32,000 bases of DNA, taken from NCBI GenBank assembly GCA_934246625.1, contig CAKQHZ010000002.1, forward strand, positions 185,112 through 217,111, in the 5' to 3' direction. A program made the translations under genes and the position numbers. Shown piece after piece: positions 1 through 12,069 of the stretch (positions are counted from its first letter, which is position 1; every line of letters begins with the position of its first letter). Source of the stretch: an uncultured Alphaproteobacteria bacterium. GTDB taxonomy: Bacteria > Pseudomonadota > Alphaproteobacteria > Rs-D84 > CACZYB01. The notes beneath the pieces were generated by a model, which was not told the origin of the DNA, searched no databases, and worked only from the letters and a program-made list of their open reading frames with translations.

Positions 1-829
1 TAAAAAAACACATCTTGATAATACAAAAACCGTTATTATTACTTGGACTGCACGAATTTTAAAATTCCTTGTGTTTATAATTGGTTTTTCTGTGTTTTTG
101 GAAAATTGGGGTGTCGAAGTCAGCACATTGATTGCTTCTTTGGGACTTGTCGGTATGGCTGTGGCTTTGGGTGCACAGGATATGTTTAAAAATATTATTT
201 CTGGTATGGCAATTATTTCAGAAAAAAGATTTAATATCGGCGATATTATTAAAATTGATAATTCAGCTAATCCAATTGAGGGTGTCGTTGAAAATATTGG
301 TTTTCGTTCTACTATGATACGAAAGTTTGATAGGGCCCCATTATATGTCCCAAATAGCACTTTGGCAGATGCCGCAGTGATAAATTTTTCTTCACGTAGA
401 TATAGACGTATAGAGTGGATTATTGCGCTTGAGTATAGAACAACTGCAAATCAGCTTAGATATATTCGTCAGGAAATTGAAAAATATTTAATTGAAAATA
501 ATACTTTTGTAAAGCCTCCTGAATCAATTATGCAAGTCAGAATTGATAAAATTGGAACATCTTCTATTGATTTGTTGGTGTATTGTTTCGCAAATACTAA
601 TGTATGGGCAGAATGGCTTAAAATAAAAGAAGACCTTGTTTTAAAAATTAAGGAAGTCGTTGAGGAAGCAAGAGCAAACTTTGCTTATAACTCTACATCA
701 ATTTATGTGGAAAAGGTTGATAACAATCTTGTAAAAAGACGTTTGCCAAATGAATTGATTTCTGAGATAAAAGATGATAAAAATAAGGTTGATAATAATT
801 TATATTTATTTCAGTCTGAGGATATATAA
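1..829 (+). CDS. MscS-family mechanosensitive channel, 5' end cut by the window edge
   Basis: The frame of listed ORF 71..829 stays open back to nt 2 (KKTHLDNTKTVIITWTARILKFL...), so the GTG at 71 is internal. The translation has the MscS pore-helix/beta-domain signature (LGLVGMAVALGAQDMFKNIISGMAIISEKRFNIGDIIKI...GVVENIGFRSTMIRKFDRAPLYVPNS). Confidence 0.85.
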   Translation, partial: KKTHLDNTKTVIITWTARILKFLVFIIGFSVFLENWGVEVSTLIASLGLVGMAVALGAQDMFKNIISGMAIISEKRFNIGDIIKIDNSANPIEGVVENIGFRSTMIRKFDRAPLYVPNSTLADAAVINFSSRRYRRIEWIIALEYRTTANQLRYIRQEIEKYLIENNTFVKPPESIMQVRIDKIGTSSIDLLVYCFANTNVWAEWLKIKEDLVLKIKEVVEEARANFAYNSTSIYVEKVDNNLVKRRLPNELISEIKDDKNKVDNNLYLFQSEDI

Positions 830-831
830 TA

Positions 832-1530
832 ATGTCTATGTTTAAACAAATTATGAAAAAAAATATTACTATCAATATTGTGTCTTTTATTGGATTTTTA
901 CTTGTCCGATTGGTTCAATTGCTTTCATGGACAAAGTATGTTAATCGAAAAAAATTGACAGATTATCTTAAAACTGGGAAGCCTGTGATTGTTGTGTTTT
1001 GGCATTCAAGAAGTATGCTTATGACAAAGGTGTGGCCGAAAAAATATCCTGTGTATGGAATTTTTTCAACTCATAGTGATGGTCGTATTATTGGAAAAAT
1101 TTATAATCATTTGGGTATTAAAAATGTGCTTTCTTCCTCTAAATCCACAGTCGGAGCAAAGGAAGTTGTGTTTAAGTTTTTACGACTTTTGAAAAGTGGT
1201 GTGTCAGTTGGACTTACTCCTGATGGTCCATTGGGACCAGTGTTTACTTTTGCAACGGATAGTGTGTTCTTATTTGCAAAGTCAAGTGGGGCTCCGATTG
1301 TTCCTTTGTATGTATCCGCAAGTAGAGTGAAATTTTTAAATAGTTGGGATAAATATATGATTGTAAAACCTTTTTCAAAATCAATTATTGAAGTTGGTGA
1401 TTTTGTTTGGGTTGATAAAAAGGCAACAGATGCAGAAATTTCAAAAATTAAGGCTGATTTAACAAAAGTTATGGTAGAAAAAACTGTGGCGTTGGATAAG
1501 AAAATGAATGTGTATAACAAAGGAGAATGA
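832..1530 (+). CDS. DUF374-domain protein (LPLAT-superfamily, waaA-associated)
   Basis: 232-aa ORF with an N-terminal TM helix. The blocks VVFWHSRSMLM, HSDGRIIG, GLTPDGPLGP and GAPIVPL are typical of DUF374 (PF04028) proteins found directly upstream of waaA. Its stop overlaps the waaA start (ATGA at 1527-1530). Confidence 0.7.
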   Translation: MSMFKQIMKKNITINIVSFIGFLLVRLVQLLSWTKYVNRKKLTDYLKTGKPVIVVFWHSRSMLMTKVWPKKYPVYGIFSTHSDGRIIGKIYNHLGIKNVLSSSKSTVGAKEVVFKFLRLLKSGVSVGLTPDGPLGPVFTFATDSVFLFAKSSGAPIVPLYVSASRVKFLNSWDKYMIVKPFSKSIIEVGDFVWVDKKATDAEISKIKADLTKVMVEKTVALDKKMNVYNKGE

Positions 1531-2810
1531 TTATGAAATTGTATTTATATAGATTATTAACTTTTTTAGCAAAACCTTTTATAAGACCTATTCTTTGTAT
1601 AAGACGTAAAAATGGACTTGAAACCACAGATAAAAATCGAAAGTGTGAACGTTTTGGTTATGCTTCTGTGAAACGTCCAAGTGGAAAAGTTTATTGGTTT
1701 AATGCCGCATCGGTTGGTGAAAGTAATTCTATTATTTCAGTTGTAAATGAAATACTTGATTATTATAAAGATGTGTCTGTTTTGATTACAACTACAACTT
1801 TGACTGCAGGTAATAATATTGCAAAAAAATTTAATGGCAATAAACGTGTTATTCATCAATTTTTGCCTATTGATAGACGTGCTTATGTTGATAGATTTTT
1901 CAAGTATTGGAAACCAACAGTTGGATTTTTTGTTGATAGTGATTTTTGGCCTAATCTCATTTTATCTGCAAAGGCAAATAATGTTCCATTGATTTTGTTA
2001 AATGGTCGAATTTCAGATAGGTCATTTGCTCGATATGAAAAAAATTTGGATTTTTGTAAGCCTTTGATGTCTGCTTTTATTTATGGTTTTGGTAAATCTG
2101 AAGAAGATAGAAAACGTATTGAGGTTATGGGTATAAAAAATACTGTTTGTGTTGGTAATTTAAAGTATGGTGTGCCAGTGCTTGGTTATGATAAAGATGA
2201 GTTAAATAAACTTAGAAAAATGATTGGTAATAGACATTTGTTTGTCGTTTCAAGTACTCACCCAGGAGAAGAAGAACGTTTGCTTTGTGGATTTTTGATA
2301 ATAAAGAAACGCTATCCTGATGTGCTTATGATTATTGCTCCTCGCCACCCTGCACGTGGAGCAGAGATAAAGGATTTTGTCGTTGCAAATGGACTTAAGG
2401 CATCTCTTCGTTCCGCTGGTGAACCAATTAAAGCTGATACAGATGTTTATGTTGCTGATACAATGGGCGAACTTGGATTATTTTATACTTTGTCAAATGT
2501 TGTGTTTGTTGGTGGGTCATTTGCAAATATTGGAGGACATAATCCAATGGAACCTGCTAGACTTCATTGTGTTGTGTTAAGTGGTAAGATTATTCATAAT
2601 TTTAAGGAAACTTATGATATTCTTATTAAACATAATTGTGTTGCAATGGTTGATGATGAAAATGATTTTGCAAGTAAGGTTAAAAGTTTCTTTGAACACC
2701 CTGATATTATGAAACAGTATATGGATAAGGCGTTTGAAGTGGCTGAACGTGAAGCTGATGTTTTGGAAAGAACTATGGATAAATTAAAGCCTATTTTGGA
2801 TAATGTTTAA
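1527..2810 (+). CDS. waaA: 3-deoxy-D-manno-octulosonic acid (Kdo) transferase
   Basis: 427 aa. N-terminal block YWFNAASVGESNS and C-terminal block VADTMGELGLFY...VFVGGSF...GGHNPMEPA match the WaaA/KdtA (GT30) family. Confidence 0.9.
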   Translation: MIMKLYLYRLLTFLAKPFIRPILCIRRKNGLETTDKNRKCERFGYASVKRPSGKVYWFNAASVGESNSIISVVNEILDYYKDVSVLITTTTLTAGNNIAKKFNGNKRVIHQFLPIDRRAYVDRFFKYWKPTVGFFVDSDFWPNLILSAKANNVPLILLNGRISDRSFARYEKNLDFCKPLMSAFIYGFGKSEEDRKRIEVMGIKNTVCVGNLKYGVPVLGYDKDELNKLRKMIGNRHLFVVSSTHPGEEERLLCGFLIIKKRYPDVLMIIAPRHPARGAEIKDFVVANGLKASLRSAGEPIKADTDVYVADTMGELGLFYTLSNVVFVGGSFANIGGHNPMEPARLHCVVLSGKIIHNFKETYDILIKHNCVAMVDDENDFASKVKSFFEHPDIMKQYMDKAFEVAEREADVLERTMDKLKPILDNV

Positions 2811-2822
2811 GGTTTTTGTTTT

Positions 2823-3506
2823 ATGAATGTGTATTGTTCTTTTGATAACAAAATTGTAAAAAATTTTGATAAGGAATTGTTCCTTAAAATTGAAAATTAT
2901 CTTCTTTTGTCTGGTGTTGCATCGGATAAAGAAGATTTTTCAGTTATTAAAGAGCGACTTGTTAATCCTCCTCATCTTTTGCCAGAAGAGTTTGCATACG
3001 AAGTTTTTTATGTGATACTTGCAAGTGGGTTTAAGCAAAAAATTGCAAAGGAAAAATTTCTTCAAATAAAATCATTTATTGAAAATGGTGGTTGTGTTTT
3101 GCCCGAAAATTTGCTTGTGATTTTTGGTAATAAAAATAAAATCAATGCCATTTGTCGTGTGTGGAATAATAGGGATAATTATTGTAATAATTTTTATTTG
3201 CAACCGGATATTGATTCAAAGATGAAGTATTTGGCGACTTTGCCACACATTGGTGAAATTACAAAAAATCATTTGGCACGAAATCTTGGTATAAATCAGG
3301 TAAAGTATGATGTGTGGATACAAAGACTCGGAATTGCATTATATGGTGATGATACTATGGTCGATGGTTTTCCTTTATCCGATTGTGTAAAATGTGCTTG
3401 TGATAAAATGTTTGATAAACTTGTTTGTGATACAAAACTTCCTCGCGGATATATTGATGTTGTGTTGTGGAAGGCGTGTCAAATAGGGGTACTTTTCTTT
3501 AAGTAA
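2823..3506 (+). CDS. hypothetical protein with a possible helix-hairpin-helix (HhH-GPD-like) segment
   Basis: 227-aa ORF placed tightly after waaA. The segment LATLPHIGEITKNHLARNLGINQVKYDVWIQRLG resembles the LPGVGxKTA...vDtHv.Rv region of HhH-GPD glycosylases by eye only. Function is not established. Confidence 0.45.
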   Translation: MNVYCSFDNKIVKNFDKELFLKIENYLLLSGVASDKEDFSVIKERLVNPPHLLPEEFAYEVFYVILASGFKQKIAKEKFLQIKSFIENGGCVLPENLLVIFGNKNKINAICRVWNNRDNYCNNFYLQPDIDSKMKYLATLPHIGEITKNHLARNLGINQVKYDVWIQRLGIALYGDDTMVDGFPLSDCVKCACDKMFDKLVCDTKLPRGYIDVVLWKACQIGVLFFK

Positions 3507-3544
3507 AAAGGTATTCTTTCATTAAAATAATCCTTGAGTTTTCT

Positions 3545-3572
3545 TTGATTTACTTGTATCTTTTTGTATATA
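3545..3572 (+). promoter_or_regulatory. candidate sigma70 promoter of obg
   Basis: TTGATT (3545-3550), 16-nt spacer, TATATA (3567-3572), upstream of the AAAGAGG RBS and the obg ATG at 3593. The AT-rich background makes chance matches likely. Confidence 0.35.
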
Positions 3573-3577
3573 GATAA

Positions 3578-4579
<1,002 letters not shown>

Positions 4580-5461
4580 ATGAAGCGTTTTGGCAAAGTT
4601 TTTGCACGATTTATTTGTGTCTTTATTTTAAATAAAAATTTACGAAGAAGGGTTCGTTGGATATTGGACCCTTGTTCTCCACCAAATTTGATAAAATATT
4701 TTGGGAAAAAGTATTTGCCGAAAGTTCAAATTTCAAAAAAATTTAATTGTGGGGAAAAATCAGATTATATTTTTCAATGTTGGCTTCAAGGGTATGATAA
4801 TGCTCCAAATATTGTAAAAAATTGTATTGATAGTGTGGAAAAATTTAAGGGGCATAGAAAACATATTATTATTACAAATGAAAATCTTTCTGATTGGGTG
4901 AATATACCACAATTTATTTTGGACAAGTATAAAAATGGTGAAATAGGTCATGCTCATTTTGCAGATATTTTGCGACTTTATTTACTTTCACAATATGGTG
5001 GGTATTGGATTGATACGACTTGTTTAATGACAGATAATATTCCTGATGTTATTGAGAATAGTAATTTCTTTATGTTCCACTCTTCTGGAAAATGGGAGTG
5101 GACATTGATAAATAATTGTTTTATCCGTTCGTATAAGGAAAATAGTTTTATTAACTCTTGGCGTGATATGTTGACTGAATATTGGAGGGGTGAAAATAGG
5201 GCGTTGGATTATTTCTTTTGCCATTTGCTTTTCAGGACATTGCTTTTGAATCCAATGTTGAAATCTGAATTCGATAAAATGCCAATTATTTCACAAGAGG
5301 AGATTCACAAACTTGCTTTTTGTTTGGGAGATGAGTTAAATCAAAAACAAATTGATGAGGTTTGTAAAGTTTCATTTATACAAAAACTGACTTATAAATT
5401 ATCAAATGGAGAGTTTGATAATCCAAAGTCAGTTGCGTCAATATTAAATAAAAGAGATTAG
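4580..5461 (+). CDS. capsular-polysaccharide-synthesis-type glycosyltransferase (Caps_synth-like)
   Basis: 293 aa, with the ATG abutting the obg stop (TAGATG). The block QCWLQGYDNAP...HFADILRLYLLSQYGGYWIDTTCLM resembles PF05704/Gly_transf_sug-type sugar transferases. Confidence 0.65.
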   Translation: MKRFGKVFARFICVFILNKNLRRRVRWILDPCSPPNLIKYFGKKYLPKVQISKKFNCGEKSDYIFQCWLQGYDNAPNIVKNCIDSVEKFKGHRKHIIITNENLSDWVNIPQFILDKYKNGEIGHAHFADILRLYLLSQYGGYWIDTTCLMTDNIPDVIENSNFFMFHSSGKWEWTLINNCFIRSYKENSFINSWRDMLTEYWRGENRALDYFFCHLLFRTLLLNPMLKSEFDKMPIISQEEIHKLAFCLGDELNQKQIDEVCKVSFIQKLTYKLSNGEFDNPKSVASILNKRD

Positions 5462-6000
5462 TTAAAGCTGTCCAAACATTTTTCGATTTCGGATTTTAAT
5501 CCATCGGCTTTTGAAAGTGCGATGGCACTTGTTATTGTGGAACCAACAGATGTTGCAGTCGATGTAATATTAGTTATATTTTTAATAACTTTTGAATTAT
5601 TATTTGATGGCATTGTGTTTGCTTCACCATTATTTTTTGCATCAATTTTGCCCTTTACTGTGGTTGCAATGTTGACTGCACTTGATGCGGTTCCAACTCC
5701 TGAAATAGCGATTGTTCCCGCGGAAAGTCCAAGCATAATATTTATATTTTCATCTGAAATTCCCTGACACGCAGAACGGGATTGTTCGCGTTTTGTAAGA
5801 AGTTGGTTATATTCTTTTTCCTTTCTTTCAATTTCCTTTTGTTTATCTTTTAATTTATTATTGTATCCAGTATTTCTTGCGGTAAGACTTGTATTTTCAA
5901 TTTGTAATTTTTCAAGTTGTTTTGTAAGTTCTTCGGCAGTTTGTGAAAATGCAGGAGATGTTAACATAGTCATAATAAGTATTGTTAAAAATTTTTTCAT
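5458..6000 (-). CDS. secreted coiled-coil protein with two Gly/Ala/Ser/Thr-rich helices and two conserved Cys (paralog 1)
   Basis: Listed ORF 5458..6018. I prefer the ATG at 6000 because AAAGGA lies 9 nt upstream of it and downstream of the 6018 ATG. Signal peptide MKKFLTILIMTMLTSPAFSQ, heptad-like region, then SRSAC...AGTIAISGVGTASSAV...TSVGSTITSAIAL...EKCLDSFN. No family recognised. Confidence 0.7.
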   Translation of the reverse strand: MKKFLTILIMTMLTSPAFSQTAEELTKQLEKLQIENTSLTARNTGYNNKLKDKQKEIERKEKEYNQLLTKREQSRSACQGISDENINIMLGLSAGTIAISGVGTASSAVNIATTVKGKIDAKNNGEANTMPSNNNSKVIKNITNITSTATSVGSTITSAIALSKADGLKSEIEKCLDSFN

Positions 6001-6833
6001 TAGAATGATCCTTTGCAATCTTTTACTTGTTGAGCGATTGTGTTTATAAGGGCGGTTGCAACACTTGAACTTATTGCTGTTCCAGCAGATGCAACTGTGC
6101 CAACGATTGTTGAAACATTTGAAACGGTTTCAAGGACGTTGTTTGTTTTTTGTTGCTTTGCCCATTTTTCATCTTTATTTTTTGTAGTAGTTTTTTTGTT
6201 ATCAGAATTGGTTGCACAACCTCCAGCAGAAGGTCTATTATCCCCATCAATAGTTGCAAATTTATTTTGGTTTTTAAGTTGGTCTTTTTCATATTTTTTA
6301 TTAAATTGTTCTTCGTTTTTTTGTAAAAATGAAGTCGTTGTTGCGGTTGCATGTGCAAGTGTTCCAACTCCAGATGCACTGACTGTACCAATTAGCCAGC
6401 CCTTTATTTCATCAATTTTTTTAGGGAGTATATTTCTGCAAGTGCTTTTTGATTTATTTTGTTGTGTTTCTAAATTTGAAAAATTTTCTTCTATATCAGA
6501 AAGTTTTTTTGTAAGGTCATTAAACTTTGTTTGTTTTTCCTTTATTTCATTATTTAACACTGTATTTTGTGTAGTCAAAGTTGCAATTTTTTGTTGCATT
6601 TCTTCGACGGATTCTGTCGGTTCGGAAGAGGTTTCTACTACTTCGGGTTCTTGGATTTTTACATAAGTTTCTTCTGGTAGTTCAACTGGCTGTGTAGATT
6701 TTGTGGGTGTGGTTGCACGGATAATATTTTTTCTTTGTGGACCATTTTTGGTTGCTTGGCGTTTTCTTGCTCCTTCAACTGAATTTGCAAGTATTACAAT
6801 ACCTAGCAAAAAGATGCTGATTTTTTTATTCAT
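6000..6833 (-). CDS. secreted coiled-coil protein with two Gly/Ala/Ser/Thr-rich helices and two conserved Cys (paralog 2)
   Basis: 277 aa with AGAGGAG RBS. Signal peptide MNKKISIFLLGIVILANSVEG, Pro/Glu/Thr-rich linker, coiled coil, SKSTC...IGTVSASGVGTLAHA...STIVGTVASAGTAISSSVATAL...KDCKGSF. The TAA stop overlaps the paralog-1 ATG (TAATG at 5998-6002). Confidence 0.7.
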   Translation of the reverse strand: MNKKISIFLLGIVILANSVEGARKRQATKNGPQRKNIIRATTPTKSTQPVELPEETYVKIQEPEVVETSSEPTESVEEMQQKIATLTTQNTVLNNEIKEKQTKFNDLTKKLSDIEENFSNLETQQNKSKSTCRNILPKKIDEIKGWLIGTVSASGVGTLAHATATTTSFLQKNEEQFNKKYEKDQLKNQNKFATIDGDNRPSAGGCATNSDNKKTTTKNKDEKWAKQQKTNNVLETVSNVSTIVGTVASAGTAISSSVATALINTIAQQVKDCKGSF

Positions 6834-6888
6834 GATATTTTCTCCTCTGTTTAAAGAAATATATCATAAAATTGAATATGTGTAAATA

Positions 6889-7629
6889 TTATAGTTTGAA
6901 ATGTTCACCAAGATAAACTTTGCGGACATCTGTGTTGCAAACTATTTCATTTGGGGTGCCTTCGCATAGCACAGTTCCGTTGTGAAGAACATAAGCACGG
7001 TCAGTAATTTCCAATGTTTCACGAACGTTGTGGTCGGTGATTAAAACTCCGTATCCCTTATCCTTTAGGTGTGAAACAAGGTTTCTTATATCATTTACAG
7101 CGATAGGGTCAACACCAGCAAATGGTTCGTCAAGCAAGATAAAGTCAGGATTTGCTGCCAATGCTCTTGCAATTTCAAGACGACGTCTTTCACCACCAGA
7201 AAGGGCGATTGCAGGGCTTTCACGTAAATGTGTAATTGAAAATTCGGCAAGAAGTTCATCAAGTTTTTGATTACGTTTGTCTTCGTATGGTTCAACGACT
7301 TCTAAAACTGCCATAATGTTGTCTTCAACTGAAAGTGAGCGGAAGATTGAGGATTCTTGAGGAAGATAGCCAATTCCCTTTTGTGCACGGTGATAAAATG
7401 GAAGTTTTGTTATATTTTCACCATCTAAAGTAATAGAACCTGTGTCAGGTGTTATTAGTCCAGTTATGCAATAAAAACATGTTGTTTTTCCAGCACCATT
7501 TGGACCAAGGAGACCGACTGCTTCGCCTTGTTTTACATGAATAGATACATTTTTCAATACTGGGCGTTTTGAATAACTTTTTGCAATGTTTTTTACAATG
7601 ATTTCTTTTACTTTATTTTCGTTTTCCAT
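6889..7629 (-). CDS. lptB: LPS export ABC transporter ATP-binding protein
   Basis: 246 aa. Walker A GPNGAGKTT, signature LSGGERRRLEIARAL, Walker B ILLDEPFAGVDP. LptB-like overall and adjacent to lptA. Confidence 0.9.
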   Translation of the reverse strand: MENENKVKEIIVKNIAKSYSKRPVLKNVSIHVKQGEAVGLLGPNGAGKTTCFYCITGLITPDTGSITLDGENITKLPFYHRAQKGIGYLPQESSIFRSLSVEDNIMAVLEVVEPYEDKRNQKLDELLAEFSITHLRESPAIALSGGERRRLEIARALAANPDFILLDEPFAGVDPIAVNDIRNLVSHLKDKGYGVLITDHNVRETLEITDRAYVLHNGTVLCEGTPNEIVCNTDVRKVYLGEHFKL

Positions 7630-7640
7630 TTAATGACCTA

Positions 7641-8393
7641 TTATTTATCTGTTGAGAACACACCTTTTACTTTGCTTTCACCATCTTTTGGAAGAATGCG
7701 AGCAATACCAGTTTTCATATCATAAATGATTTTTCCACCAGAAAGGTTTGCTTGGTTTCCCTTTTTAAAATATACGTTTCCAGAAATTGTGGCATATCCA
7801 TTTTGTGGGTTATATTCTGAAGTGTCGCCATAAAGTTCCTCTGTGCCATCAATAAGTTTTATGTTGCCGTTTGCAATTACCTTTTTAAGTTGGTTTTGTT
7901 TAGATTTTCCAGTTTTTGCAAATTCAACTTTTATATTATCAGCAAAAAGTTTTCTTCCAGAGTTTATAATTTGTGCATTTTTTGCAGTGGCATAGTTTTT
8001 ATTTTTATAGTAGATGACTTCGTCCTTTGCGATAATTTCGCTGTCGCCATTTTTAAGGGTTGTTGGATTATCCTTTGATATAAGGTTTATGATTTCATTA
8101 TTTATGTCGTATGTTAATTTGTCGGTTTTGATGTTTTCCTTTACAGATACTATATTTACATTATCGGTTGCAACTACCTTATATATTTTTTTGTTGGGTT
8201 CTTTATAAAAAGCCTCTATAAAATCAGCCTTTAGTTCATATTCAGAAGTTTTTGCAATGGCATTTTGCTTCATTGTGATTTTTTGTTCCCTTTGGTTCCA
8301 TTCCAAGCCATTGTCCGCGGAAAGTTCAATGTCTTCGGCAAATGAAGATGTTGAAAAAAATACCATCAATATCAATAAAAATATTTTAAACAT
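7641..8393 (-). CDS. lptA: LPS transport periplasmic protein LptA (OstA-N family)
   Basis: Listed ORF 7641..8447. The internal ATG at 8393 gives a clean signal peptide (MFKIFLLILMVFFSTSSFAEDIE) and has AAAAGGA 7 nt upstream. The repetitive beta-jellyroll-like sequence (LSADNGLEWNQREQKITMKQNAIA...ADNIKVEF...ANGNIKLIDG) is typical of LptA/OstA. Confidence 0.8.
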   Translation of the reverse strand: MFKIFLLILMVFFSTSSFAEDIELSADNGLEWNQREQKITMKQNAIAKTSEYELKADFIEAFYKEPNKKIYKVVATDNVNIVSVKENIKTDKLTYDINNEIINLISKDNPTTLKNGDSEIIAKDEVIYYKNKNYATAKNAQIINSGRKLFADNIKVEFAKTGKSKQNQLKKVIANGNIKLIDGTEELYGDTSEYNPQNGYATISGNVYFKKGNQANLSGGKIIYDMKTGIARILPKDGESKVKGVFSTDK

Positions 8394-8450
8394 AATTTGT
8401 CCTTTTATTATTTTTTGTATTATAAAGGAAAGATGTTTTAAAAACAATAA

Positions 8451-11224
<2,774 letters not shown>

Positions 11225-11288
11225 AATCTACCTTTTTATTATATTTTTTAATTATATAATATTTTTAATTTAAAAAAAGAAAAAAATT

Positions 11289-11297
11289 TGTTATAAT
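11289..11297 (+). promoter_or_regulatory. extended -10 promoter element upstream of ftsQ
   Basis: Exact TGtTATAAT (TG 11289-11290, TATAAT 11292-11297), 30 nt upstream of the ftsQ GTG, which has an AAAGGGG RBS. Confidence 0.5.
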
Positions 11298-11327
11298 GTT
11301 CCTAATGATATACTAAAGGGGATAAAA

Positions 11328-12068
11328 GTGCAAATACAAGAGTTTTTTTCAAAAGCCAAAAAAATATGCTTGGTGTTTTTTGTGATTTTTTGTGTTTCTT
11401 ATCTTATCATTTCTTTACGACAAAGATTTGTTGGTGATGATGCTTTTCTTCTTGATTATCCTGAGGTAGTTTTTAAGGGGGATTTGTCGATTGATAGAGA
11501 AATGGCTATTGCAGATATTAAAGATGTCCTTAATAAACATAATCTTCTTTCAAATCCGAAAAGTTTTTCTGTTGATGTAGATGAGGTAAAAGATGATTTT
11601 CTTCAACTTTCATGGATAAAAAATATTGCTGTGGTAAAGGAGTATCCTTCAAAATTATTGTTGGTTATTGAACCAAAAAATATTATTGCATATATGTTCA
11701 ATAATGATGAATATTTCCCTGTTGATGAAATGGGTAATATTATACCAATAAGTGTTGATTATAAATCTGGATTGATTATTAGTGGAGAGGGAGCAAATGA
11801 AAATTTGCTTGATTTCCTTATGGTCCTTAAAAAATATCCAAAAATTATGGAAAAGGTTGTTTATCTTCAATTTATAAATGGTTTAAGATGGAATGTGTTT
11901 TTATATGCTATTGAAGATGGTATTGTAGTAAAACTTGATAACGAAGATTTTGAAATGGGACTTCAAAAAATTGAACGACTTGATGATTATCAGGATTTGT
12001 TAAAACGAAATATTTCTGAAATTGATGTAAGGGATATAAATAGATTGCTTGTTAAACAAAGGAATTAA
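11328..12068 (+). CDS. ftsQ: cell division protein FtsQ
   Basis: 246 aa with a GTG start. Single N-terminal TM (ICLVFFVIFCVSYLIISL) then a POTRA-like block (LSWIKNIAVVKEYPSKLLLVIEPKNIIAYM). Directly followed by ftsA. Confidence 0.8.
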   Translation: MQIQEFFSKAKKICLVFFVIFCVSYLIISLRQRFVGDDAFLLDYPEVVFKGDLSIDREMAIADIKDVLNKHNLLSNPKSFSVDVDEVKDDFLQLSWIKNIAVVKEYPSKLLLVIEPKNIIAYMFNNDEYFPVDEMGNIIPISVDYKSGLIISGEGANENLLDFLMVLKKYPKIMEKVVYLQFINGLRWNVFLYAIEDGIVVKLDNEDFEMGLQKIERLDDYQDLLKRNISEIDVRDINRLLVKQRN

Positions 12069-12069
12069 A

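Noticed and set aside
6040-6666. 208-aa + strand ORF, and the 106-aa ORF at 6071..6391, overlapping the secreted paralog-2 gene.
   Set aside because: These are shadow ORFs of a low-complexity gene. Their translations are Phe/Ser/Val-rich with no start context, whereas the minus-strand ORF has an RBS, a signal peptide and a paralog next door.
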